From: an uncultured Gammaproteobacteria bacterium
Lineage (GTDB): Bacteria; Patescibacteriota; Microgenomatia; Levybacterales; GWA1-39-11
Reading direction: 5' to 3'
Assembly (NCBI GenBank): GCA_964537315.1
Contig: CAZIAP010000001.1
Span: 314,888 to 378,887 of the forward strand
Length of the DNA: 64,000 nucleotides
Below, piece after piece: positions 1-10,949 of this stretch. The notes under the pieces are model-generated. The model made no database searches. It was not told where the DNA came from and saw nothing but the letters and a program-made list of their open reading frames with translations. The position numbers and the translations under genes are program-made. The first letter of the stretch is position 1. Each line of letters opens with the position of its first letter.

Positions 1-716
1 ATTTGTGAGTAGAACGAATATATGTTTGGAAGTAATAACAATACATATAGTGTTATATAGAGAACGAATTTTTTAATACTCACTTTATTTTTCAAAATAA
101 AATAAATCATATACGGAAGAATAAGTATCGTGCCAATTTGAATAAAGCGGATATAGGAAACCCACAAGTACACACTAAAAATATTTACAAGAAGATAGAT
201 AACTTTTTCGTTTCTGGTACTGTAAAAAAACTTATAAAATGAAAAAAGGAAAAGTGGAATGATAGCATTATAAAATACAGTCGTCTGTTGAGAAACTGCT
301 AAAGGAGAAAATGTATAAATCATTGAGAGTATAAAACGCACTTTTGCATTTTTAAAAAACATTGTGGTAAAGAGATAAAACGATATGAAAGTAAGAACAT
401 ATCCTGAAAGAGAAAATATCACCTGTGAGAAATCTAAGCCAAAAATATAGTACAAAGCTGATATATAGCCTACCGGAAGTACTCTAGAAAAAGATAACAA
501 ACCTTGATCGTACCCAAGATAATAACCTAAATTTGTAAATGAATGCAGTTGTTGTAAGAACATCACTAATGCTTCACTAGAAGATTTAGGCCAAAAAGCA
601 GTATCAACATAAAACCAAAATCCATCTCTCAGTAAGTATAAATGAGCTAATGTGAGTACAGCTAAAAATATTATTGATTTTAAAATTTTATTTTTTTGAG
701 TTTTTATGTAATCCAT
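1..716 (-). CDS. Partial polytopic membrane protein, probable GT-C glycosyltransferase (runs off window)
   Basis: Manual translation from ATG at 716: MDYIKTQKNKILKSIIFLAVLTLAHLYLLRDGFWFYVDTAFWPK..., open to the window edge. Many TM segments, Asp after TM1, overlaps the 3' end of the next gene. Confidence 0.7.
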   Translation of the reverse strand, partial: MDYIKTQKNKILKSIIFLAVLTLAHLYLLRDGFWFYVDTAFWPKSSSEALVMFLQQLHSFTNLGYYLGYDQGLLSFSRVLPVGYISALYYIFGLDFSQVIFSLSGYVLTFISFYLFTTMFFKNAKVRFILSMIYTFSPLAVSQQTTVFYNAIIPLFLFSFYKFFYSTRNEKVIYLLVNIFSVYLWVSYIRFIQIGTILILPYMIYFILKNKVSIKKFVLYITLYVLLLLPNIYSFYSQ

Positions 717-2757
717 ATAGCATAAAAATTATAATGCTCAAAATAGTTAATGAAATAATAGCTGTTATATAAAATATTTTTTGTGGCCAAAAATACATCT
801 CAATATTAACTTCATCCTCATTATTTGAATTGATGCTTATGTTCCATTTATTTCCAAACCCATTATTTAGGCTATGTTCATGAATTGTAATATCCTCATT
901 TGATTTCAGCTTCCAATCTTTGTGAAAGCTACTATTAAAATAAATTGATATATTCCTGTCCGGAATATTCGATAATTGAATATTATACTTGGTTGGGTTT
1001 ATTTTTTTAACTTTTAAATTCTTGTACTCTTCACCGCTGTATTCTAACGTAATATAACCTTTTACATACTTATCTGGAACCTTGAAAAGCGTTCCCAATT
1101 CAGACTGATAAATGAGCTCCAACTGTTTACTTGTCAATATATTGATTTTTTGAGGGATAGTGTTAATTTTATTTACATCGTTTCTGATATAAACATATCT
1201 GATAGATGCGTCTCCTAAATTTATAGGATTAAACTCATTTGTTAACTTATGATACTGATCTTCAGATTGTTTCATAATGAATCCATCTGAGTATACTTTT
1301 GGTCTATCTATCATTTTCCCTAAAATATCCTGACCAGTAATTCCATATCCATTCATGAAGTCATAATTTGTGTAACTTAGCCCCGGGTAAAACAGAATTC
1401 TCCCTTCTGCTTCATCGTTGTTTACAATTTTTGCTACTTCCTTATACTCGCTTGGGATTTTTACAATCCTTTGATAACTATCACCTATCTTAACTTCTAG
1501 AATTGGAACCATTGAAAAAAAAATCCACGTTTGAAGAATAACACAAGTAACAATTAGTATATTTATAATCTTATTTCTTTGAACTGTTATTGAATACGTT
1601 ATAAGAAATGAAAGTACTAATATTATAGGTAAACCAAATTTCGTATCGGGTGTACGAAAAATGCCAAACAAGGGAACGTAACTATAAAAAAAATCATTGA
1701 TTATCCCAAACGGTTGCTGATTAGCTTTCGCAATAAATATACTTATCAGTAACGATATAATAAGAAATATCTGAATATTTTTTTTATTTTTTTTAAATTT
1801 TATTAATGATATGAATGATATTATCCAAATAAGAAATATGGTTATTATTGCAATTGGTGATGCAAAATAAGGATAATATGAGTGAAAGTATCTTCCCCCC
1901 CATGATTCACTGATGGTCCACTCAAAGAATAGCCTAAACATTCCGATTATCCCATTCGAAGAAAATGCATAATTACTAAGCCCAGTAGATACAGCATAAA
2001 AATCATTACGTACAATTTGCATTCCAAGTGGGACGATAAAAACAAGTGATAGTAATAATGCAATTAAAGTTGCTCTTAATATTTGAGGCATCCTTTTGGG
2101 AAGTAAATCTTTCCTAAAGCTAATTAATAGCCAAGGAAGAAACAATGATAAATAAAGAGCAATTGCATATGGTCCAGTATTAATTGTAAAAAAAATGCAC
2201 AAAATAATTATTAATGTTTTCTGTAAATTTAGTTTTTCTATTAAACTTGAAATAATGATGTATAAAATTAACGGCGCTATACAAAACACAAAAAATGTTC
2301 CATCAATAACTCCTCCATGCCAGAAAGTTATAGTGTATAAGTTAAAAGAGTAAAAACATGCGCCGATTAATGAAGCGATTCCTGAGTTCGGAAATTTTAA
2401 TAAATTTATTGCTTTATAAAAGAAATACCAAGCAGAGTAAAATATTAACGATGAAATCAAAATATAAAATATTAATTGCATAATTTTAGTTGATATACCA
2501 AGAGATAAAAAAATGTAGCTAAATGTTATTGCATAAAATCCTGCTATAACATTTAAATATGAAGTAACACCAAAATTTAAATCGTTCCAAAAAAATAACA
2601 GACCGTTTTGCAATTCACTTTTCAGAAGCAGTAGTGAACTGTCATGCACTGACAAAAAATCACCGTTCGCTACATATACTAGGGTGGTAAAAAAAAATAT
2701 TAGAACTATGAAAGGTATAAAAAGTAAGATGTTTTTTTTGCCCATAACAATAAACAT
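688..2757 (-). CDS. Large membrane protein, GT-C fold (AftD/DUF3367-like architecture)
   Basis: 689 aa; about 12 TM segments, soluble C-terminal domain and terminal TM; FYSFNLY and FRTPDTKF motifs. Confidence 0.65.
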   Translation of the reverse strand: MFIVMGKKNILLFIPFIVLIFFFTTLVYVANGDFLSVHDSSLLLLKSELQNGLLFFWNDLNFGVTSYLNVIAGFYAITFSYIFLSLGISTKIMQLIFYILISSLIFYSAWYFFYKAINLLKFPNSGIASLIGACFYSFNLYTITFWHGGVIDGTFFVFCIAPLILYIIISSLIEKLNLQKTLIIILCIFFTINTGPYAIALYLSLFLPWLLISFRKDLLPKRMPQILRATLIALLLSLVFIVPLGMQIVRNDFYAVSTGLSNYAFSSNGIIGMFRLFFEWTISESWGGRYFHSYYPYFASPIAIITIFLIWIISFISLIKFKKNKKNIQIFLIISLLISIFIAKANQQPFGIINDFFYSYVPLFGIFRTPDTKFGLPIILVLSFLITYSITVQRNKIINILIVTCVILQTWIFFSMVPILEVKIGDSYQRIVKIPSEYKEVAKIVNNDEAEGRILFYPGLSYTNYDFMNGYGITGQDILGKMIDRPKVYSDGFIMKQSEDQYHKLTNEFNPINLGDASIRYVYIRNDVNKINTIPQKINILTSKQLELIYQSELGTLFKVPDKYVKGYITLEYSGEEYKNLKVKKINPTKYNIQLSNIPDRNISIYFNSSFHKDWKLKSNEDITIHEHSLNNGFGNKWNISINSNNEDEVNIEMYFWPQKIFYITAIISLTILSIIIFMLYGLHKNSKK

Positions 2758-3800
2758 TACTTTTTGTTCAAGTAAAATTTCAAAACCATTCTATGTATTG
2801 CATTACGCATAGTTCGAGGAAGCAATATATTTCCTATGAACACGAAGTAAAATTTAGGATTAATTAATATTCTTTTATTCATCGAAATAACTTTTTGTGC
2901 AGTAAATATCATTGCTCTGACCTTATCTATATATGTGCCTTTAAATCTTAATGATATCCAGCTAAACGGGCCATTTATTGCAATCGCGTCATTAGAAAAC
3001 TTTTCATAAATTTTATTTTTATTTTTTATATACCTATATTTATTTTTACTTTCAGCAAATTTAATAAAATTATTAATTACGCCTAGCTCTGCAAAAAGTA
3101 CGTTACCTCTCTCTGATGATTTAGTCCTCCCTGATAAGCCATACCAAATTTTATTTATATAAAGAGGTCTATTAATAAAAAGAACCTTATTTGATACCAG
3201 TAATATTTTTAGCAAAAAATCAGTGTCACAATGAGTATCAACGTTGGCATCAAATCCACCTACTGCATCGAATATTTCTTTTCTAAAAACTAGCCCAGGT
3301 GTGTTAATATAAACTCTATAATTATTTATTTTTTTCCCTAGTACCATATAGTCTAATATATCTCGTGCATTATATATGAACGAAGTCTTATCACTATTTA
3401 TAACCTGTCTTGCAAGCTCTAGATTATTTTGATCCACCATTATTCTTCCTGTGTATGCTAAATCTATTTGTGGATTCTTATCCATATATTCAATTATTTG
3501 ATTGAAGTATTCCTTTTCAAATTTATCATCATCATGAAATAAACAAACATATTTAGTTTTTGCAAGAGAAATGCACTTATTCGTATTTAATATCTCACCA
3601 AGTGCAGGAGAATTTCTATAATATTTCGCAGTGGGGATTATTTTTTTTGAGATGGATTCAGAAACATTGTTATTACTATCATCCCCAATTATTACAGAAA
3701 ATTTAGGATATTGAAGACTTTTGATACTATTAATTGCATCCAGAAATTCGTTCGGACGATTAGCAGTAACTGTAGCTATTGTAAGAAGATTACTAATCAT
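2757..3800 (-). CDS. GT2 family glycosyltransferase
   Basis: IIGDDS, FHDDD (DxD) and VGGFD motifs. Confidence 0.9.
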   Translation of the reverse strand: MISNLLTIATVTANRPNEFLDAINSIKSLQYPKFSVIIGDDSNNNVSESISKKIIPTAKYYRNSPALGEILNTNKCISLAKTKYVCLFHDDDKFEKEYFNQIIEYMDKNPQIDLAYTGRIMVDQNNLELARQVINSDKTSFIYNARDILDYMVLGKKINNYRVYINTPGLVFRKEIFDAVGGFDANVDTHCDTDFLLKILLVSNKVLFINRPLYINKIWYGLSGRTKSSERGNVLFAELGVINNFIKFAESKNKYRYIKNKNKIYEKFSNDAIAINGPFSWISLRFKGTYIDKVRAMIFTAQKVISMNKRILINPKFYFVFIGNILLPRTMRNAIHRMVLKFYLNKK

Positions 3801-4378
3801 TTTTTAAGTGTTACAACAATCTCAGTGGCCCCACCTACCCAATAACACCAGATTCTTTCAAAAAATGTAGGTGACGCATTTATACATTTATCCATAAGTC
3901 TCACAAAAGGTCTAGCTACCAAGGGACATGAATTAGGATGGATATATTTTTCATATAAACCACTATTTGGATATAAGCCGAGATACTTAATCTCTTTCTT
4001 GAGGATAGAATAAGATTTTTTTGTATAAAAGTGTTGATAATGATTTTTTTCAAAGCAATCAAAGCTTGTTATGCCAAAAGGTCTTTTATGAGTAATATCA
4101 CTAAACGATCCCATTGATGAAAAATGTGGAACACGAATATTTATTATTCCTCCTGGTTTCAGAATTCTGTGAATCTCTTCAAGCACCTGTAATGGGTTAT
4201 CCAAGTGTTCAAGTACATGGTACATATGTACTTCCTTAATACTCGATGACTTAAATGGGTAAGGTAGAATGTTTAGATCATGAACAACATCAACAACCCC
4301 TTTTATATTCACTAAATCAACGCCGATAGAATTCGGTATTTTTGTTTTTCCACACCCTAAATGAAGAATATCTTTCAT
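3797..4378 (-). CDS. SAM-dependent methyltransferase (type 11-like)
   Basis: LHLGCG motif I, HVLEHL, EIHRILKPGG. Confidence 0.9.
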   Translation of the reverse strand: MKDILHLGCGKTKIPNSIGVDLVNIKGVVDVVHDLNILPYPFKSSSIKEVHMYHVLEHLDNPLQVLEEIHRILKPGGIINIRVPHFSSMGSFSDITHKRPFGITSFDCFEKNHYQHFYTKKSYSILKKEIKYLGLYPNSGLYEKYIHPNSCPLVARPFVRLMDKCINASPTFFERIWCYWVGGATEIVVTLKK

Positions 4379-5037
4379 TAACTGTATTTTTTAATAAAAT
4401 TCTCGATAGAGATATTTTGTTTTATATCTTTAACCATTTCTACATTGTCCTGATTCCACCACTTTAACTTTAAAAGCTTTTTCACAATATCGTCAGAAAA
4501 TCGATATTTTATAATTCTCGCTGGATTTCCAACAACAATAGCATAAGGTGGTACGTCTTTAGTCACCACAGAACCAGCGCCTATAACAACACCATCACCA
4601 ATATTTACACCACCTAATATTATAACATTTGACCCTATATAGACATCATTGCCAATCTTAATCGGACGAGTAATACTATCGTCTCCTGATAGAGATAGAT
4701 TATTAAACGGATATGTCGAAACTGTACTGTACTTATGCGATTGAGGTAGAGTTATGAAATTTTGGGCGATAGACGTATATTTACCTATAGATGTGAAATT
4801 TATTTTTGTACAGCTTAGACCCAAATTATCTCCCGAAATGTAACTATAATCTCCTATTTTAGAATTTTCATCAACATATACTCCTCCCATAATTACAACA
4901 CCTTTTCCAATATCCTTTGTTAATATAAATGAATGAAAGGATATGTTTTTTCCAATATATCTTATACCATTTACAATAATATAGATTGGGTACAGACTAT
5001 ATATAATATAAGCAAATTTTATTATTTTAAATTTCAT
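4378..5037 (-). CDS. Hexapeptide-repeat O-acetyltransferase (CatB/Vat-like)
   Basis: IGNDVYIG...IGDGVVIGAGSVVTKDVPPYAIVVGNPARIIKYRF...LKWW. Confidence 0.9.
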   Translation of the reverse strand: MKFKIIKFAYIIYSLYPIYIIVNGIRYIGKNISFHSFILTKDIGKGVVIMGGVYVDENSKIGDYSYISGDNLGLSCTKINFTSIGKYTSIAQNFITLPQSHKYSTVSTYPFNNLSLSGDDSITRPIKIGNDVYIGSNVIILGGVNIGDGVVIGAGSVVTKDVPPYAIVVGNPARIIKYRFSDDIVKKLLKLKWWNQDNVEMVKDIKQNISIENFIKKYS

Positions 5038-6166
5038 TAGGTTTCATTTTATTAAAATATTCCTTATAAAAAAACGTAAAAGTCATGAGTAAAATGGACA
5101 ACCAAGTTAGTATACTAAATATTTGTATGTATAATGAAAAATCTGCTTTTGTAATCCAAGAAAAATAAGTGATTCCAATATATGACGTTGCAAGCAAAAT
5201 AAATATTCTACTAAAATTTACATGCATAAGAATCAGAAATGGTATTAACCATAAAAACCACTGGACACCAAACCCAAGTGTTAAAGCAAAAAACAAGAGG
5301 CATATTCCAATTACTTCTTTATTAATTGTAATTTTTTGCTTAACAAAAATAAATATTATCCCTAGCAACAACAATCCATATGAGAATCCTTTAATGTAAT
5401 ATCCAAACTCAGTAGGTATTTTTTGGATAATCAACCCCAACCCATAGTTTCCTGATATGCCTCGATATGAATAAATAGTCCACAATATTGATTGAATAGA
5501 TGATGCAAAAAACATATGGTATACCAATACAGACAAAATTGGAAACAGTAGAAGTAAAGGAACATAATAGATCTTGATTCTCTTAATTACAGGAATTGCA
5601 AACAAAATTGGCCAAGTCTTAGTGACTATTGCCAAAGAAGCAAAGATTGCACTATAAAAATTTTTTGAGTTTTCAGTTAAAAAATATGATAGTAAAATTA
5701 GAAATATTGGTATTGAATCAAACTGACCATGAAATGCAACGATAGATGCGCTTATAGGATTAATAGCGTATAAAAATGCTTTTTGTAGATTCTTATAACT
5801 CAATATATATAACATATAAACTACTCCCACATCGAAAATAATGAAAATAGTCTTTAAAAATAGTACATATGAAATATTCAGTTTTTGAATATACATAGCT
5901 ATCGCTTCTAGATATAGAAATACTGGAAAATACGGATGATGTAATGGTGCTACAGTTGGATAGATGTTATATTTCTGAAGTGTCAATTCACCTATTAAAT
6001 GATAAGAATCTAAATCAAAATTCGATATTCCATTTGACAAGAAAACAAATATAAGTCTAACAATAAATGCAAAAATAATTATTTCAATAATGGTTATTTT
6101 AACCTGATGTTTATAGTAATATAAAAACGCAACAAGCAAAAGTGATATAAAAATTATAAACATCAT
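5027..6166 (-). CDS. GT-C membrane glycosyltransferase (GT87/DUF2029/PIG-like)
   Basis: HPYFP, YAINP, HGQFD and KTWP motifs; polytopic. Confidence 0.75.
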   Translation of the reverse strand: MMFIIFISLLLVAFLYYYKHQVKITIIEIIIFAFIVRLIFVFLSNGISNFDLDSYHLIGELTLQKYNIYPTVAPLHHPYFPVFLYLEAIAMYIQKLNISYVLFLKTIFIIFDVGVVYMLYILSYKNLQKAFLYAINPISASIVAFHGQFDSIPIFLILLSYFLTENSKNFYSAIFASLAIVTKTWPILFAIPVIKRIKIYYVPLLLLFPILSVLVYHMFFASSIQSILWTIYSYRGISGNYGLGLIIQKIPTEFGYYIKGFSYGLLLLGIIFIFVKQKITINKEVIGICLLFFALTLGFGVQWFLWLIPFLILMHVNFSRIFILLATSYIGITYFSWITKADFSLYIQIFSILTWLSILLMTFTFFYKEYFNKMKPNEI

Positions 6167-7215
6167 AATAACTCTTTATATATGGCAATTATCTGCTTAA
6201 CTCGATTGTGGTAAGTGTGTTCTTGCATTACCTTCCTTCTTCCTGCTTTTATAATTGGCTCTCTTTTTTCAGGATTTTTTATATAATAATCAATTTTGTC
6301 GAACCAATCCTGTTTATTTTTAGCTATTATAATCTCTTTTTCTGGAACGAAAAGATCCCTAATACAGGCAACATCATCAGTAATTTCAAATCCACCACAC
6401 AATGGTATTTTAAATGTCCGTTCATTACAATCCCCACCTAGTTTCTTTTGATATGCCTCATGAATATTAATTGATATTAGTGACGAATTGTATATCTTCC
6501 GTTCATCTTCTAATGCAAGTTTTGCTTTTTGGATTGAACGAAGAAAGGGTAAATTAAAATATTGCCCACCACGTTGTATCGTACCAAGTAAGCGTTGCCA
6601 GTATGTCCAATCTTGACCGTAGAGACAAAGGTTATATCTCTTCCGTAGAGGGTAAACATATTCTTCAATAAATTTTCTTTTTTCAGGTAAATACGTACCA
6701 ATGAACGAGACATCCGACCTGAACCGCTCATCGTATTCTGGAAAGTGCATCGTTTTGTCAGCAGCTAAACGAATGGTTGTATGTGGAAACCCTGTAGTCT
6801 TACTAAATCCTTCCATTCTAAAATCTCCCTGCTCATATGGGTTATGAAAAACATCACCAAGTTCATTTTTTTTTATCATTTTTACTAGATTAATTTGATT
6901 CTTAAGAGATTGTGGTTCGTTGATTCTAGTCCGAGAAAATGCTGAATTCCATGCGTGTGTGCTCATGAAAGCTTTCATGCCTTTTTTTCGTGATAAGTTA
7001 AATTGTTCAATGTTTAAAAATTTTAAATTATAATGTGAAAGAGATGACATAAATATGTGAGGTTTTATTCTCTGAAAAACTTCTTCCTGATCGTCATCTG
7101 CTGTTAGAACATAAAATTTGTGTCCCAGATCTTCAAAAGCATTCTTATATCCAAAAAATATGGTCCTACCCGCATAAATTGTGGCTAATGACGGAATGTG
7201 ATATAGAATTCTCAT
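6163..7215 (-). CDS. CgeB-like glycosyltransferase (GT-B)
   Basis: DVSFIGT, INIH, NERTFKIPLCGGF, HTYHNR motifs. Confidence 0.85.
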   Translation of the reverse strand: MRILYHIPSLATIYAGRTIFFGYKNAFEDLGHKFYVLTADDDQEEVFQRIKPHIFMSSLSHYNLKFLNIEQFNLSRKKGMKAFMSTHAWNSAFSRTRINEPQSLKNQINLVKMIKKNELGDVFHNPYEQGDFRMEGFSKTTGFPHTTIRLAADKTMHFPEYDERFRSDVSFIGTYLPEKRKFIEEYVYPLRKRYNLCLYGQDWTYWQRLLGTIQRGGQYFNLPFLRSIQKAKLALEDERKIYNSSLISINIHEAYQKKLGGDCNERTFKIPLCGGFEITDDVACIRDLFVPEKEIIIAKNKQDWFDKIDYYIKNPEKREPIIKAGRRKVMQEHTYHNRVKQIIAIYKELL

Positions 7216-7220
7216 GTCAG

Positions 7221-8372
7221 TTATATTTCTAGATTTTCAAAAATTACTGTGTAATTAAATTTTCTTGCATAATTAATCGCATTTTTACGAAACTCATTAT
7301 TAAACTTGGGTTTCATTGCATTAAGAATGTACTTTGCTATAATATTGGGATTTTCATTTATAATAACTCCACATTTATAGTTAACAATGTCTCGCGCATT
7401 CCATGGTAACTCTGTAAGTAGTACTGGTACACCACATGCAAGATAAGTTTTAACTTTTCCGGGATCTGCATAGTATGTCCATTTATCTAAACTTTTAATG
7501 TATGGAGCAACTGCGATAGACGATCTAGCAATTTCACTTTCTACTTCTCTATGATCTGATATTTTTCCTTTAAAATCACACCATTCATAAATTTTTAATT
7601 TCTTTGCATACTTTATTAGCTCATCCCTATAGGGACCAGTACCAATTACTTTAAATCGTAACTTTGGGTTTCTTTTTATTACTTCAGGCATAGCTTCTAG
7701 AATAAGTTGAACCCCCTGACTTTCTATAAGCCTACCCATAAATACAAGGGTATTCTTATCACAGTCTTTATAGTCATATTTCTTAATTCTATCCACCCAC
7801 ATTCCATACTGAACCACTCTTAAACTCTTATAGTCAGATTTCTTAATACCCAGAAACTTATCTCGAGCTTCTGCCATTCTTGGTGATAAATCCCACATTT
7901 CATCAGAATTTTTATAGCCATGAATATTAACCCTATGATAGAGTATATTTACAATATTTGATGTAAACCTGTTTGTTGGAACAAAGTCTATTGCCCAATA
8001 TATAGTTCTCCGTACACTACCTAAACTTTTTAAGATATTTCCCGCTAGGACGCATAAACCATCCATTCCTATAAAATTATCCCATCTAATCCTAGATGAA
8101 AACACCCACCAAATAGTAAAAAAGATCTCTTTTGCATATAATAACGGTGAAGGCAGGAAACTATAATCAAGTGTTCTTTTTTCTTTATACTTCAATCCAT
8201 TTTTGTACCAAACGTAATAGCTTCTACGATCTGGTGCTTCATAAAAACTATGCCCAATATGTAGTAAATTGCTAATTTTATTTTTATTTAAATAAGCTAC
8301 AAGCTCATCATCTGGGTGTGTTACAAATTTATGAGCTACAATAACTACATTATTACTCTTAATTTTTTTCAT
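7221..8372 (-). CDS. GT4 family glycosyltransferase
   Basis: LVFMGRL, VIGTGP, KVKTYLACGVPV. Confidence 0.9.
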   Translation of the reverse strand: MKKIKSNNVVIVAHKFVTHPDDELVAYLNKNKISNLLHIGHSFYEAPDRRSYYVWYKNGLKYKEKRTLDYSFLPSPLLYAKEIFFTIWWVFSSRIRWDNFIGMDGLCVLAGNILKSLGSVRRTIYWAIDFVPTNRFTSNIVNILYHRVNIHGYKNSDEMWDLSPRMAEARDKFLGIKKSDYKSLRVVQYGMWVDRIKKYDYKDCDKNTLVFMGRLIESQGVQLILEAMPEVIKRNPKLRFKVIGTGPYRDELIKYAKKLKIYEWCDFKGKISDHREVESEIARSSIAVAPYIKSLDKWTYYADPGKVKTYLACGVPVLLTELPWNARDIVNYKCGVIINENPNIIAKYILNAMKPKFNNEFRKNAINYARKFNYTVIFENLEI

Positions 8373-9177
8373 TTCTTATTTTTTTAAATATCTGAATCTT
8401 AAGCTTAGTAGGAATTAAATATACTGAAAAAAATTGAAGGAGATTATATATTAAATCAAGAATTGTCCAAGAGTAAGCAGGGTGTAAAAAATATTTACTT
8501 CTTACTTCCAATGTGCTCAACTCCATTTTTCTTAACTTTTTATATGTTGCAGATGATTCAGATTCCCTATATTTCAATAAAACTTGCTGTAGATTTGCAA
8601 ACTTATATTTGGTTCCAATCCTAAAACTAATATCAATATCTTCTGCAGGAGGGTATTTAAGATTATATAATCCAATTTGATCAAAGCACTCTTTTCTTAT
8701 CATTGCAGTTGGTTGTGCGACAGGTGAAAACTTAAAAACATTTTTTCTTATTTTTCTATCTTCCTTCTCGTAAGTTCTAAGACTCTTATTCCCTTTTTCA
8801 TCAAAGAATTCAATATATCCACCTACTATTCCTACATCAGGATTATGTTCCATGTAGTCTACTTGTACTTTAAGACGATCAGGCATTGATATATCATCAG
8901 CATCTTGCCACGCAATATATTTTGTTTTAGCTGATAATATCAGGGTATTTCTACAAGCAGCAATATAACTATTTTTCTTATTTTGGATTACTCTTATCCG
9001 ATTATCTGCTTTTTCATATTTTTTAATTATATTTAACGTACCGTCTGTGCTTGCATCATCTAGAATGATAAATATAAATTCTTTATAACTTTGGTTAAGT
9101 ATGCTCTCTATTGATTGAGAAATATATCTTTCAGCATTATACGCGGGCATAAGCACTGAAACCAGAGGAGATTTCAT
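8359..9177 (-). CDS. GT2 family glycosyltransferase
   Basis: VSVLMPAYNAE, DDASTD, QDADD, AED. Start moved to MKSPLVS. Confidence 0.92.
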   Translation of the reverse strand: MKSPLVSVLMPAYNAERYISQSIESILNQSYKEFIFIILDDASTDGTLNIIKKYEKADNRIRVIQNKKNSYIAACRNTLILSAKTKYIAWQDADDISMPDRLKVQVDYMEHNPDVGIVGGYIEFFDEKGNKSLRTYEKEDRKIRKNVFKFSPVAQPTAMIRKECFDQIGLYNLKYPPAEDIDISFRIGTKYKFANLQQVLLKYRESESSATYKKLRKMELSTLEVRSKYFLHPAYSWTILDLIYNLLQFFSVYLIPTKLKIQIFKKIRNEKN

Positions 9178-9179
9178 TT

Positions 9180-10115
9180 TTAGCGATTTTGATAATACCA
9201 TTCTACTGTTTTTGTAAGCCCTTCTTTGAAGTCAGTTTGGGATTTAAACCCAAAATTTTTATACGCTTTCTCTGTGTCTAACTTTCTTCTCGGCTGTCCA
9301 TCCGGCTTTGTGATATCCCAAATAATATTTCCATCAAACCCCACGATATCTTTTATTAAATTAGCAAGCTCTTTTATACTAATCTCAAAAGATGATCCTA
9401 AGTTAATCGGATCTCTGCCATCGTATTTTTCTGTTGCAAGCACTATTCCTTCTGCCGCATCCTCAACATACAGGAATTCTCTTGTTGCCTTTCCTGTTCC
9501 CCAAACTTCTACTTCTAAAACTCCTTTTTCTTTAGCTTCGATAAATTTCCTAATTAACGCAGGGATAACGTGAGAAGAGCGAGGATCAAAATTGTCTTTA
9601 GGGCCATATAGGTTAACAGGAAGCAAAAAAATAGAATTTAGATTATACTGATCTCTGTATGCCTGAGCTTGTACTAATAGCATTTTCTTTGCAATTCCGT
9701 ATGGCGCATTAGTCTCTTCTGGATAACCATTCCACAAATCTTCTTCTTTAAAAGGAACTGGTGTATGCTTTGGGTAAGCGCAAACTGTCCCTATAGCAAC
9801 AAATTTTTGTACATTGGCTTTTCTTGCCTCTTCCATCAAATTCACTCCCATCGTTAAGTTATCGTAGAACAAGGAGCCTGGGTATTGTTGGTTATATCCT
9901 ATTCCACCAACGTTCGCGGCCAAATGAATCACTATATCTACTCCCTTAACTACCTCTCTAGCATTTTCTTTTTCTCTTAAATCAACTTCACTTGACCTAG
10001 GAATAACAAGGGATGAGTCGTCACATCCTCTTTCACGTAATTTTTGTACAACGTGAGAACCAAGAAACCCTGAACCGCCCGTAACTAGAATTTTTTTATC
10101 TTGAAGATCAATCAT
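9180..10115 (-). CDS. fcl: GDP-L-fucose synthase
   Basis: [45 protein letters not shown]. Confidence 0.93.
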   Translation of the reverse strand: MIDLQDKKILVTGGSGFLGSHVVQKLRERGCDDSSLVIPRSSEVDLREKENAREVVKGVDIVIHLAANVGGIGYNQQYPGSLFYDNLTMGVNLMEEARKANVQKFVAIGTVCAYPKHTPVPFKEEDLWNGYPEETNAPYGIAKKMLLVQAQAYRDQYNLNSIFLLPVNLYGPKDNFDPRSSHVIPALIRKFIEAKEKGVLEVEVWGTGKATREFLYVEDAAEGIVLATEKYDGRDPINLGSSFEISIKELANLIKDIVGFDGNIIWDITKPDGQPRRKLDTEKAYKNFGFKSQTDFKEGLTKTVEWYYQNR

Positions 10116-10180
10116 ACTGTTTCAATAGTATAGTCATCAATTACAGAATCTGCAATGTTTTTATATGCTCTCAATTATAA

Positions 10181-10939
10181 CTATAATTTATTCTTAGTGT
10201 TATAATATTTTGTAAATTTTATTCTGTAAAATACCATAACGGTATCCATTAACATAGATAATATTATTTTCCAAAATTTCCTTGATGCAACACTACTTAC
10301 ACTACTAATCCCAGTAAAGTTAAGTTCTACTGGCGCTTCATATATACGGGTATAACCCAAGTTATGAGCTACTGCCAAAACTTCAATATCGAAAGCAAAG
10401 CTTTTAACTTGCAATCTAGGGAGAACATCTTGTAAAACTTTCCTCTTGTAAAACTTCAACCCTACCTGTGTGTCTCTTATTGAGAGTCCAAAAAGAATTT
10501 TAACTAAAATCCTATAGCAGAATGACATTACTCTCCTAACAAATGGATAGTGTATTTTAGAAACTGGATGTAGTTTACTACCTACAATAATATCAGCGTT
10601 GTACCATTCAAAATGTTCTAATAACATCGATAATCCATTAGGGTTGATATCCATTCCCGAGTCGATAAAAGCCAGAATATTTCCTTTTGCTTTTTTCATA
10701 CCATATTGAATTGCATATCCCTTACCCATGTTATCTTCATAACCTACTACTTTAATATTTGAATTCTTAACTTTTTTTGCGTTTTTACGAGTAGAATCTA
10801 ACTGGCCGTCCACAACTAGAATTATTTCATATTCATATCTCAACTGGTCCATTACTGATTTTATTCGTATCAAATCCTGCTCAATAGTTTTTTCTTGTTT
10901 GTACGCGGGTATTATTAATGAAATAAGTATTTTCTTCAT
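10181..10939 (-). CDS. GT2 polyprenyl-phosphate glycosyltransferase (DPM1/ALG5-like)
   Basis: NMGKGYA, FIDSGMD, DTQVGLK, FAFDIEVL. Confidence 0.88.
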   Translation of the reverse strand: MKKILISLIIPAYKQEKTIEQDLIRIKSVMDQLRYEYEIILVVDGQLDSTRKNAKKVKNSNIKVVGYEDNMGKGYAIQYGMKKAKGNILAFIDSGMDINPNGLSMLLEHFEWYNADIIVGSKLHPVSKIHYPFVRRVMSFCYRILVKILFGLSIRDTQVGLKFYKRKVLQDVLPRLQVKSFAFDIEVLAVAHNLGYTRIYEAPVELNFTGISSVSSVASRKFWKIILSMLMDTVMVFYRIKFTKYYNTKNKL

Positions 10940-10949
10940 ATTTTTGGTG

